Below are positions 45,401 to 54,226 of a stretch of DNA of 60,568 bases, one piece after another. A model generated the notes under the pieces. It saw only the letters and a list, made by a program, of their open reading frames with translations, was not told the origin of the DNA and ran no database searches. How positions within the stretch are numbered: the stretch's first letter is position 1; every line of letters begins with the position of its first letter. A program made the translations under genes and the position numbers. Source of the stretch: a virus (Duplodnaviria > Caudoviricetes); IMG/VR virus record IMGVR_UViG_3300030060_006589, positions 1 to 60,568 of that record. One strand, written 5' to 3'.

Positions 45401-48400
45401 GTCAACAAATTTTCTAGGATTATATTTTAAATTTTTAAGCTCATTATAAGTTGCTTCATCTATAAGACCAGCTTCAAAGTTTCTTTTTAACTCATTACGA
45501 TACTCTTCAAAAAGTTTGTCAGTAGTTTCTCTTATTATATTAAATCTATCGCCCTGTTCTTCCTTCATTGAGTCTATCATACCTTGTGCAAGCTCTTTGT
45601 TCATCATCATGTAACCTTCACCTTTAGGGTTTTTAGTTTCAGGATGTTTTAGTCTCCAAGGGAACTTTTTCTTCTTAGTAGTTGGGTCTAGCACTGGTTT
45701 AATTCCAGGTTTCATTCTTTCACTAATGTCTTTACCATCCTTATCTTTAGTTAAATATTCTAAATAATAACCTGAACCATCCTCATTTTTCTTAATATTA
45801 ATATTAGAGTTGTCTTTATATATGTTATCTAATTCACTCTCAGCTTGTTTTATTGCTTCTTTTATAGCAGATTTCTGATCTTTTTTAGCTTTACCAAGTT
45901 TTTTAGATAAAGAATTTAAGTTTTTAATAATAGCATCAGCTGCTGACTTTTGAGCATCATATAAATTATCAATCTCTATTATTCTCTCTAATGTAGATAG
46001 TTGACCCACTAGTTTTATTTGAGCTGAAGATAAAGTTCCCCATATTCTTTTATTAGCCTGGTCTATAAATTCTTTAGCTGTTCCTGGAACTGTTAACCAT
46101 AAAGTTATAGAAGCGAGAGCGTTAGAAGCTGTCTCTCCAAGGTTTAAATCCTTGCCAATGTTTCTGATAGATCTTTTTATTCTATACTTACTATCTACTG
46201 TAAGCTCTTTTAAAGCAACAAACTTATCATCTAAAGTTTTTCTAAAGTTCTTTAGTCTTCCAAAGAAATTATCTTTACCTCTTGAGAATGCCGCATCCTG
46301 ATCTTTCTGTAAATTAGATAGAGCTTCAGCATAATCTTGTAGAGTCCAATCCTTAGTGTCAACTTCTGAGTTTGAAGAATCTTCTATTTGATCCTGTTCT
46401 TCTCTAGTTTTTTCTAAGTGTTCATCTAGTTCATCTAATTTAGATGCTTCTTCTTCTGTCAGCTCAGTTTCTCCAGCCATATTGGATTGTTTAGGATTGA
46501 ATAACCCTTCTTGAGTTGATAAAAAGTCTCTAAATAATTCTCTTATCTCAGCTTCTTGATTGGGGACAAATTTATCTCCCTCAGCCTGAGCTTTCTTTAA
46601 GTAATCTATAGCTGCATCTATAGCTGTAGCAACACTAGAAGTGGCTCTAAGAGTAAGAGAAGCTGTTTTTAAGGCAGCCCTAATAATAGGTACAGACATA
46701 AATGGATCTGCATAAGCATTACCACCTAAGTCTTTATATATCTGATCTAGTTTATCTGCAAAGTCTGTTAAGATTTGAAAACGCTGAACGCTTCTGCTAG
46801 AATACTCATCTCCTGTTCTGAGATCTGAGATGTCCTGGGCGTTGTCCCCGCTATTAATAGCTCTTTGCCTTCTGGCAAGCTCTCTATTGATGTCTGTGTC
46901 AAACGACTTTTCTTGTCTTGTAGTTGTTTCGTATTCCCCATTTGTAAAAACTTTTGTATTAATATAACCAAATTCTACGGTATTAAAAATATCATCACCG
47001 TATTTTTCTTGTATTTCTCTTATTGCTTTATTTACTCCTTCAGTCCATTTAGAACCAAGGTTATCTATATTTTCCATCGTTAAACCCTCACCCATTGGCT
47101 CCATAAGATACTCAGGAACAAATTGCATTGACATGCCTACAACCTCTGCTTGTTGATTATAGTTAAGAGTTAAACCCTCCACGCCATTAGGACCAAAATG
47201 CTCATTAGCAAACTCTCTAGCTTCAGTAAGAGTCATAGGCTCAGAAAATTCTATTCTTCTAAAAGGTCTAGCATTAGGATCTTGCTCTGTTGTAACCTTA
47301 GATATAAATACAGATTCTTGCTCATTATTGATAGCTGTAGTTAACAACTCATCAACTAAAGGAGATATATCTGTTCCAGCATCAACTAGCATTTCTAAGT
47401 TTATAGTATCTTCTGTTTGATTCATATATATACCTTCTGACTGATATGGTCTACCCATAGCACCTAACTGCTTAACTATAGCGTCTAAGTTCTGAAGTGC
47501 TTGATCCATTCTAATAGACCCTTGCATAGTTTCAGCTATGACAGCAGCAATTTCTTCATCGGTAGCATTTCTTTCTAAAGCCTTTTGAACAGCTCTAGCC
47601 GCAGCACTATATATTCTGTTTTTCTGTTCTGGACTTGTATTCCCTATAAATGTACTAGCACCTATCATAACTCTATCTGTTATGTCAGCAGACCTAACAG
47701 CATTTTCCATAGTTGACTGCTCTTTAGCTCTCACATCCCCAGTAAATCCAGACTCGTTATATATTTGTTTTTCTATAAACCACATAGAAGCCTGTAGATC
47801 GTCAGGGTTTAAGTTTAACTTCTTAGCAGCTATAGCGTATACACTTTGTGCAAAAGCAAAATCTTTATTACCTACTGTTGTTTCTTGAGACTGTCTTCTT
47901 CTAAATGGTACAAACCCTCCTTGAGAATATAATATTCTTCTCATATTTCTAGCAGCCCAAACATCAATAGTAGCACTTCTATCTCTTAAAGATAAGTTAT
48001 TGTAAAACTGTCCTGTTTTATTAGCTGGATTATTAGATAACCAATTACCATATAAAACCCTAACAATACCTGAAGTAACTACTGGAAGACCGAATGATTT
48101 CCCGTTTTTCTTTTTTATAGCAGCTACAACATCTTGATCAGAAGAAGCCTGTCTTATAAGTTCTTTAGCTTTAAATAAAGCTTTTTTGCCTGTACCAAAA
48201 ACACCTTGATCATACTGAGCCATTATATCTTTAACTTTTGCATCGTACACTTCTAAAGACTCGTCAAACTTACCCTCTGAGTAAGATCTTAAAACTTCAG
48301 TAGACTTTCTAAAGATAACCTGAGGCGGTGCCTGTGGAGATGTAACACCTAGCAACTCAAAGAATATTGGTGCATTTCCACCAAACTTCTGTTGTATTAA

Positions 48401-51400
48401 GTCTTTTGTTTTACTGTACCACCCTGTAGCCTTTTCTAAATCTATTTTAGAACTATTAACGTTAAAGTCTTGAATAAGTAAATTTGAAGCTAATTCTATC
48501 TTTTGTTGCTCTGACATACCCGCAAATATAGGTGCTGCTCCAAAATTAAAAGAAAGAGTTTTTATTACAGGTTTGCCATTCTTCAACACCACAAAACCTC
48601 CATCAAATAATATTTGCATAGGATCTGACAAGCTAGGGTCGTTTTTCATGTCAACATTATTATGCTGATCTATTTTTCTCTGTAAGTTATCTATTTGTTT
48701 AAGTTCATTTTTAGTATAATTACCTCTAACAACTTTAGGGTTAACTCTTTGTTTAGCTATTTTATATATCTCTTTAGCTTCTATCTCATTATACTGATCT
48801 GGATACCTTTCTTGTAAAGCTTCAAAGAATTTAGCTCCAGTCACTTTATTAGTTATGGCTTCCTCAGCAAACTTAACAACCCCATCATTATTAAATAAGA
48901 ATCTTTTTTTAAGAGACTCTATACTTTCATCTTTTACTTCATCTAATCCCTTTATAGACTCAACAGCATTATTGAAAGCTACAGAAATAGCCTGTCCCGC
49001 TTTTAAGCTTGCTTTTAGGGTTTTTAAGAAGGTTTCCCACGCCACTGGTCCTAGACCCATGGTGATATCCATATATAGGTTTTTGCCTTTATTTCGGTTT
49101 ATTCTATCTAATTCTGAGTCAATACCTCTAATTGTTCTATCTACAAGAGTCTCTGTGTTTTCTGCTGATTTTATATTTGGATCAAGATCAGATTCATGTG
49201 GGTTTGTAGATGCGTTTATTAAGTCTATTACACCAGCTAAATCTTCTGTTATCTGATCGGTAGAAGCCATTAGATCCATAACTGGAAGACCCTGCATAGA
49301 TACTTTTAAAGTTTTTATAGCTTCCTTTTTTGTTCTTCCTAATAATGTGCCAGAAGTTGATTCAACCCATTCTTGTTTTCCGTATTTCTTAGATAAAGAA
49401 AAAGGTCTTCCATTTACAGTTCCTTCGTATAATTTAGTAGATCTATTGTATTTAAATGGAGTGTCTTGAACAATTTCAGCTCCCGCTTCTGTATCTACCT
49501 CTGCTTTTGCTGGTTGTTGGAATACAAACTCATCAGGAAGTAATCCTATTTTTTGATCTGCAAAAGGTCTATCTTGAGGTCTTACATAATCAGGATCCCC
49601 CTTCTGAGGAATACTACCGTCCTCTCTTCTTAAACTTTGATTAAAATTAACCCATGAGTTTTGACCTCTAGTTTCTGTTGTCATAGCTCTCCTAGCGTCA
49701 TGACTAAACATTCTAGAATGATTAAGCCAAGCATTTTCTTCCCCCTTAACACCAAAACCATTACCTAATTCTGTATGACCAAAAAAGTCGTGAACAGCTC
49801 TAAATAAATCGTTAACTAATAAAGGTTCTCCATTAACATCAGTAAATTCAGTTCCTTGTAATAAAGGGTTTTCTTCTCTCATTTGATCTGATATCTGCTC
49901 CTGACCAAACCCAGCCTCTGTTCCAAATATATATAAATGCTTATTATCTCTAACATCCTTTATCATTTCATCGCTATTAGCATACGGTTCTCCTTTACCC
50001 TTATACACTTCTATAGTATACCCAGCATTAATAAGAGACTGATACTGCATAGTTGTTTCATTAGCTAGAGCTGTGTAAGCTTTTTTAACTTTTGGATCGT
50101 TAGGATTATTTTCCATAGACTCATAAGCGTCAGCTATATTTTTAGAATTTTGCTCATTAATCTCAGTAACTGGCTGAGGATCAGAATGCTGTATACCTAG
50201 TTGAGGGGAATTAGTATTTATATAGTTTCTTGTTATTGAAGAAGTTTCTGGATTAGGATCATTAAACAATCTATTACCAGGATTTACAGAGCTTGTATTA
50301 CCAGCAGAACTTCTTACTGACTCATCTTCAAATAAAGTTAACTGTCTACCACCAGAAGCTGGCATAGGACTTGTTATTCTTGAAATTAAATCACTTAACT
50401 CTTGATCATTATTAATAGATAAATTTACTTTACCAGATTTTATATCTTCCACCACAGAAGGGTTACTCAACATGCTTAATACTTCATTTTTAGATATAGA
50501 TGTTCCAAAGTCTGCATCAGCCCCACTAATAACATATAAAGGTTTTTTGTCACGTTCATCATCTTTAACTGTAGGCAAACCTCCAGGACCTTCTCCAATA
50601 TTAAAAGCAGGACCTCCAGGAGTATCTCCTCCGTCATCATCACCGCCATCTAAAGCACTTAAGTGATCTGGAGTTTCACTTACCATGTTATCCCAATCTT
50701 CATCCCCCCATAATCTTAATTGTTCTCCTTGAGGCGACTTTTTGTAATCATCCATAACACCTAAGAAGTCTTGAACTAATTTAGTATCTTCAGGATTTAA
50801 ACTACCTGAGTCTAACATATCTTGAAAGTTCTGCTCTATACTGTTAGCTGTCAATAATGTAAAACCACTAGATAACCCTACACAAATAATAGCTGTAGTC
50901 ATTAACTTATTTATTCTCTCGTCTTTTGATTGACCAACAGTCTGCATTAAAGCTTCCTCCCAGTTAAAACCCATATTAGTTAAGTTCTCAACAAACTCAC
51001 CTGAATACTCAGCTAATAACTCAGCACCACCACCCGCAAGTATTCTTGGAGGTAGAGTAGTGATTTTAACTCCTGGTTTACCAAAGTTTCTATATAATGT
51101 TAATAACCCTCTAGTTACAGGAGTTCTTTTAAATAAAGAGTTTACAATTTGTTCTGTTGCTCCCTCAGCAGCACCCATTCTCCATGTAGCCTGATCACCT
51201 GATGTCATCTCAAAAGCTACAGCTCCACGAACTACATTCTCACTAAAATTCCACCAAAATTTACCTACATCTGTAGTCTTAGCAGCAACCATAACATTCT
51301 TAATCATAGGCACCTTGGTAAGAGTTTTTAACCCAGCACCAGCTATAGGCATAGTAGCAATCATCTCAATCATAATAGGAAGTGTAGTACCCACACCTTG

Positions 51401-54208
51401 AGCCACCATATCATTTAAGCTTATTTCTCCAGCAGCCTTTTGCTCATCTGTCAACTCTATTCCATAAGCATTAGCTATATCATCATAATAATTAATCATG
51501 TCATCTTCAGTGTGAACATGTCTTTTATGTACAGCGTGACCAAAACTTTCTACAGCTTGTCTTAAAAATAATCCTGTGCCTGTTTTTTCTGACCACTCCT
51601 TTCCTGGATCAACATTGAATGTTAATACATTAGATATAGCTACTAGCTGAGTTTGATTTTCATAATATCTAGCTTTAAAGTTTTTAAGAACTTCTATCAT
51701 AAACTCAGCGTCTTCTTTAGGTCCTTCCCCAAAGTTTTTAGCTACAAATAAAGGGATTGATTTATCTATTGTTCTTAGCTGCTGTCTAACTCCGATAACA
51801 CCAGTGTTTCTTTCAGACTCAGAATCAAACTTTTCTCTTAAAGCTCTTGCTCCAAAATCTAAATTTGCACTGTATAATGTTTCTCCACCTGGTCCTAATA
51901 CATCACCTGACTGAACCTGTATAAAGCTATACATTTCTTCTAGAGTCATTTTTTTACCACTAGGAAGAGTCATCTTTTCATTCTTCCATATATCCTGATT
52001 CATTAACTCAGTCGAGTATAAACCATCTTGAGCTCTCATTAATTGATCAACAAATGAACCGTAGTCATCAGCTTGATTTAAAGCCTGAATAAATTGACTC
52101 TCTTTATTTGTTATTTGTTGTTGTATTATTTTATCTTCTTGTGTAGCGGTAGGTCCTTCTATTCTTTCTCCAGACTGATCAAACATTTCAGTTCCCTTTT
52201 CGTAACCTCTTTTCTGTCTATTTTCTTCTGTTTTATTTCTAAGAATAGTTATTTCTTGATTTAATTTAGTTGACTGCTCTATATACTCCTCTTCATCGAT
52301 CTTTTCATTTTGCCTTTGCAGTTCTAAATTTTGAAGTTTTTTAGTTTTATCTTTTAAAGCGTTGTTTAGTTTTAACTGAGTCTTATAAGTTTCTGCATTT
52401 TGCCAATCTATATCAGCAATAGTCATGTTAATATTACTTAACCTGGAATTTTCCATATCAGACACCATGTTCATAAACACTTTGTCATTAAGCATTTCTT
52501 CTGTGCTCTTAAACTTAACTCCTCTATTACTCTGGTAATTATTTAATACTTTTTTGTATTCAGTGTCAACAGAAAATTGATCACTTAAATCTTGCTGTAT
52601 TTCGCTTTTAATCTCTCCTATAACCAGATTCATTTGGTAACTCTCAGATCTATCTATACTTGCATTTATTTGATCGTTACTGCTATTATAAAAAGCTACT
52701 CTTTGTTCGTGAGTCTTTAAACCTCCATAGGCTGTTTTAACATCATTCACACCATGCTTGTTAGAAGAGGATAATATTTGTGATGTCAACTTCTTCTTAG
52801 CTAGTTTTATATTTTCTATCTTATTTGTTAACTCCTCATACTTAGTTTTCTGATCTTCATTAAGATTATTATAATTTACATTTCCAAGTATAGTTTTCTG
52901 TTCCACCCCCTCTTCATATACAGCTTCTGGTCTTTTAAATTTATTCTTCTTTTGCTCCTTGTATAAGTGCTTACCACCAATAAGCTCACTTCTTTCACCT
53001 AGCAAACTAGCCATATGGTTATCCATGTTCAAGATAGTCTCATACTGAGCCAAACCATCAGCATCTAAAGATTGGTATAATTGCTCCTCATCTTCTATTG
53101 ATAACCCAGAGTCTACTCCGTATTCTGATAATATTTCCTCGTTTTGACCTCCCCCTAAAGGAACTTCATACATGTACGTATTATTATTAGCATTAAGACC
53201 AGAAAGTAGATCTTTACCATTTTCAGATATAGATGTTGTTAAGGGGATCTCTAACCCCTCATAATTAATCATACCTCCGTCTTCCACATTCTCTAGTAAG
53301 AATTGAAAATTTTCAGGGTTTTGACCATACAAATCTACAGCTTTGTAAAAATTAGAATCTCCTTCTACTCCGTAAAATTGTTCAAAATTTTGATTAAACT
53401 CTACCTTTTTTAACTCTGCTTGAATCTCAGCATCATTTCTAGATTTTTCTCTTTTTTGAAGGTCATGTTGATTTTGTATATCTATTTTTAGATCTGCCAT
53501 TATATTGACAGGAACCTCTGACGGATCTACAGGTGATCCATTTTTAGTAAAAGTCTTTAGTATATAGTCATAGTCCCAAGTGTCTTGGTCCTCGTTTATA
53601 ATTGGCTCGTCAGGAACTATGGCTCCATTTTGAGCTTTGAATGGTTTATTTGTTGGGATTTCTACAACCTTAGAAGCTGGCGATGTTGTCATTTTACCTC
53701 CAGGTTTCAATACGCCCTGGTACCCACCGTCTGCATAAACATGTATAGGATAATTTTGTCTACCCTCTAATGATCTAGGTTTTTTACCTTTAAAATTAAG
53801 AGTAGCTGAGGTCCCAGGCTTTGCCCCTTCTAATCCTTTATACAACTCTTCATCTGTGCTTAAATTAAGATCAGTTACAAAGGCTCCATCTTCAGCTGTA
53901 AAACCCTTATTATTTTCGCTTATTTCTAATTGCTCCGATTCTCCAGTTTCCGATTCTAATAAACCATTTGCCGAATCTTTTTTTTTTAAGGCGTAACGGT
54001 TAACTACACTTGTTATGTCACTATCACTAGGTGTGTATTCTGTTAGTGCACCGTAAATGTCTTTAACCATGGTTTCATAATCACCATCGTACTGGGCAAA
54101 TATCGAGTCAATCTCAACTTGAGTCAACCTATGATCAGGTTTAAACTTCTTGTAGAAATCTATTACGAATTTAATAGCGTTTTTATCTTTTTGATATACT
54201 ACTGCCAT
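42500..54208 (-). CDS. Giant (3902 aa) polyvalent/internal virion (ejection) protein
   Basis: Last of three large genes after the tail stabilisation gene. Contains a RAVHDFFGH...TETRGQNSWVNF domain, an HhH-glycosylase-like domain, GGNAYADP-type linkers and an LPD38-like C-terminal region. Confidence 0.7.
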   Translation of the reverse strand: MAVVYQKDKNAIKFVIDFYKKFKPDHRLTQVEIDSIFAQYDGDYETMVKDIYGALTEYTPSDSDITSVVNRYALKKKDSANGLLESETGESEQLEISENNKGFTAEDGAFVTDLNLSTDEELYKGLEGAKPGTSATLNFKGKKPRSLEGRQNYPIHVYADGGYQGVLKPGGKMTTSPASKVVEIPTNKPFKAQNGAIVPDEPIINEDQDTWDYDYILKTFTKNGSPVDPSEVPVNIMADLKIDIQNQHDLQKREKSRNDAEIQAELKKVEFNQNFEQFYGVEGDSNFYKAVDLYGQNPENFQFLLENVEDGGMINYEGLEIPLTTSISENGKDLLSGLNANNNTYMYEVPLGGGQNEEILSEYGVDSGLSIEDEEQLYQSLDADGLAQYETILNMDNHMASLLGERSELIGGKHLYKEQKKNKFKRPEAVYEEGVEQKTILGNVNYNNLNEDQKTKYEELTNKIENIKLAKKKLTSQILSSSNKHGVNDVKTAYGGLKTHEQRVAFYNSSNDQINASIDRSESYQMNLVIGEIKSEIQQDLSDQFSVDTEYKKVLNNYQSNRGVKFKSTEEMLNDKVFMNMVSDMENSRLSNINMTIADIDWQNAETYKTQLKLNNALKDKTKKLQNLELQRQNEKIDEEEYIEQSTKLNQEITILRNKTEENRQKRGYEKGTEMFDQSGERIEGPTATQEDKIIQQQITNKESQFIQALNQADDYGSFVDQLMRAQDGLYSTELMNQDIWKNEKMTLPSGKKMTLEEMYSFIQVQSGDVLGPGGETLYSANLDFGARALREKFDSESERNTGVIGVRQQLRTIDKSIPLFVAKNFGEGPKEDAEFMIEVLKNFKARYYENQTQLVAISNVLTFNVDPGKEWSEKTGTGLFLRQAVESFGHAVHKRHVHTEDDMINYYDDIANAYGIELTDEQKAAGEISLNDMVAQGVGTTLPIMIEMIATMPIAGAGLKTLTKVPMIKNVMVAAKTTDVGKFWWNFSENVVRGAVAFEMTSGDQATWRMGAAEGATEQIVNSLFKRTPVTRGLLTLYRNFGKPGVKITTLPPRILAGGGAELLAEYSGEFVENLTNMGFNWEEALMQTVGQSKDERINKLMTTAIICVGLSSGFTLLTANSIEQNFQDMLDSGSLNPEDTKLVQDFLGVMDDYKKSPQGEQLRLWGDEDWDNMVSETPDHLSALDGGDDDGGDTPGGPAFNIGEGPGGLPTVKDDERDKKPLYVISGADADFGTSISKNEVLSMLSNPSVVEDIKSGKVNLSINNDQELSDLISRITSPMPASGGRQLTLFEDESVRSSAGNTSSVNPGNRLFNDPNPETSSITRNYINTNSPQLGIQHSDPQPVTEINEQNSKNIADAYESMENNPNDPKVKKAYTALANETTMQYQSLINAGYTIEVYKGKGEPYANSDEMIKDVRDNKHLYIFGTEAGFGQEQISDQMREENPLLQGTEFTDVNGEPLLVNDLFRAVHDFFGHTELGNGFGVKGEENAWLNHSRMFSHDARRAMTTETRGQNSWVNFNQSLRREDGSIPQKGDPDYVRPQDRPFADQKIGLLPDEFVFQQPAKAEVDTEAGAEIVQDTPFKYNRSTKLYEGTVNGRPFSLSKKYGKQEWVESTSGTLLGRTKKEAIKTLKVSMQGLPVMDLMASTDQITEDLAGVIDLINASTNPHESDLDPNIKSAENTETLVDRTIRGIDSELDRINRNKGKNLYMDITMGLGPVAWETFLKTLKASLKAGQAISVAFNNAVESIKGLDEVKDESIESLKKRFLFNNDGVVKFAEEAITNKVTGAKFFEALQERYPDQYNEIEAKEIYKIAKQRVNPKVVRGNYTKNELKQIDNLQRKIDQHNNVDMKNDPSLSDPMQILFDGGFVVLKNGKPVIKTLSFNFGAAPIFAGMSEQQKIELASNLLIQDFNVNSSKIDLEKATGWYSKTKDLIQQKFGGNAPIFFELLGVTSPQAPPQVIFRKSTEVLRSYSEGKFDESLEVYDAKVKDIMAQYDQGVFGTGKKALFKAKELIRQASSDQDVVAAIKKKNGKSFGLPVVTSGIVRVLYGNWLSNNPANKTGQFYNNLSLRDRSATIDVWAARNMRRILYSQGGFVPFRRRQSQETTVGNKDFAFAQSVYAIAAKKLNLNPDDLQASMWFIEKQIYNESGFTGDVRAKEQSTMENAVRSADITDRVMIGASTFIGNTSPEQKNRIYSAAARAVQKALERNATDEEIAAVIAETMQGSIRMDQALQNLDAIVKQLGAMGRPYQSEGIYMNQTEDTINLEMLVDAGTDISPLVDELLTTAINNEQESVFISKVTTEQDPNARPFRRIEFSEPMTLTEAREFANEHFGPNGVEGLTLNYNQQAEVVGMSMQFVPEYLMEPMGEGLTMENIDNLGSKWTEGVNKAIREIQEKYGDDIFNTVEFGYINTKVFTNGEYETTTRQEKSFDTDINRELARRQRAINSGDNAQDISDLRTGDEYSSRSVQRFQILTDFADKLDQIYKDLGGNAYADPFMSVPIIRAALKTASLTLRATSSVATAIDAAIDYLKKAQAEGDKFVPNQEAEIRELFRDFLSTQEGLFNPKQSNMAGETELTEEEASKLDELDEHLEKTREEQDQIEDSSNSEVDTKDWTLQDYAEALSNLQKDQDAAFSRGKDNFFGRLKNFRKTLDDKFVALKELTVDSKYRIKRSIRNIGKDLNLGETASNALASITLWLTVPGTAKEFIDQANKRIWGTLSSAQIKLVGQLSTLERIIEIDNLYDAQKSAADAIIKNLNSLSKKLGKAKKDQKSAIKEAIKQAESELDNIYKDNSNINIKKNEDGSGYYLEYLTKDKDGKDISERMKPGIKPVLDPTTKKKKFPWRLKHPETKNPKGEGYMMMNKELAQGMIDSMKEEQGDRFNIIRETTDKLFEEYRNELKRNFEAGLIDEATYNELKNLKYNPRKFVDHVIFAERDIISQRRSGRSEKGDHMQSPIKTLKQGSDQVLYMDPVKLLQNTLAIGAKLRAENEVRKGIYNMISAIASQGFEYINGLKLKGEDIGYILKDGEQVADGHIEMSYSENGKNIRFAMKNAAYKSLFANPRDGIPTSGWARKALSPLRRAGSILKVFATGVGAPAFFIANIFYDFAQQVIFTDTYNGKWYGSTLATKFAVAGKDWLSVMIDAATNGPLSQEYKMLGGSLEFMTRYGLMDYVEDTAIDEVQLEKRVREIMADPANKLPEFDARQQAAREQVNSLYGDEAPYVNPNTKSGWDIFKRFISAPNSTSEMTGRLANYKRWTKKYVQEYKDKNDGQEPTGEDLIAIKKRAVANAVDYANFNNGGTAIKAVDAMGFAYLNAASQVLDKSVRYVSENPAQFAWDTAQWALTFGAGLMAYNLQYFDILDEDEEERLQENLNQAIANGDTESEKEIRQKLYENRRYFINHINDYDLENYHCVILPGKVTDIISQEKETALQDQLRIAKSMEVGPERDARIAEIKEQLSDNKIITPRYFKIPSDARMNVFRAITEDMMFKHVTGSDFRNLGKDVFSYTPWGRGEDKNSYGRILQKAIPTGAGNPRDLMASNPLLNATAKVLWNYDAFYNKPVWSDKFEAENGYNQYRGLSDSYEDRILKDISKGFDKIGLAEGGIPVTTTKSALGSLFTNMDRNPWYAAINHMYVASQGGLSDTEKEKYGNQMNLFMNDFLGPATKRYVGDIDLLRNKKSKLQSEADHVRKTEERFQANLKLSYDAVMKEMNVRQDPDTNEWIDSEGKTMRLSDLDGDGYLDPAEMFLSRSNEIINKVEEELRGRLGEDEVIDDLMWNRGEIKKRINRMVIMNWNYSTASSDVQQAITDYKQGNPMTAAYMMWMLKNGKTGLNEQQQTDLRHTLEGRDSNGKRYEKEDPEYIENIMENPEVLYMMRMWSAADEEKLKRIRGNN

Positions 54209-54226
54209 ATTTAATTAATTTTAATT

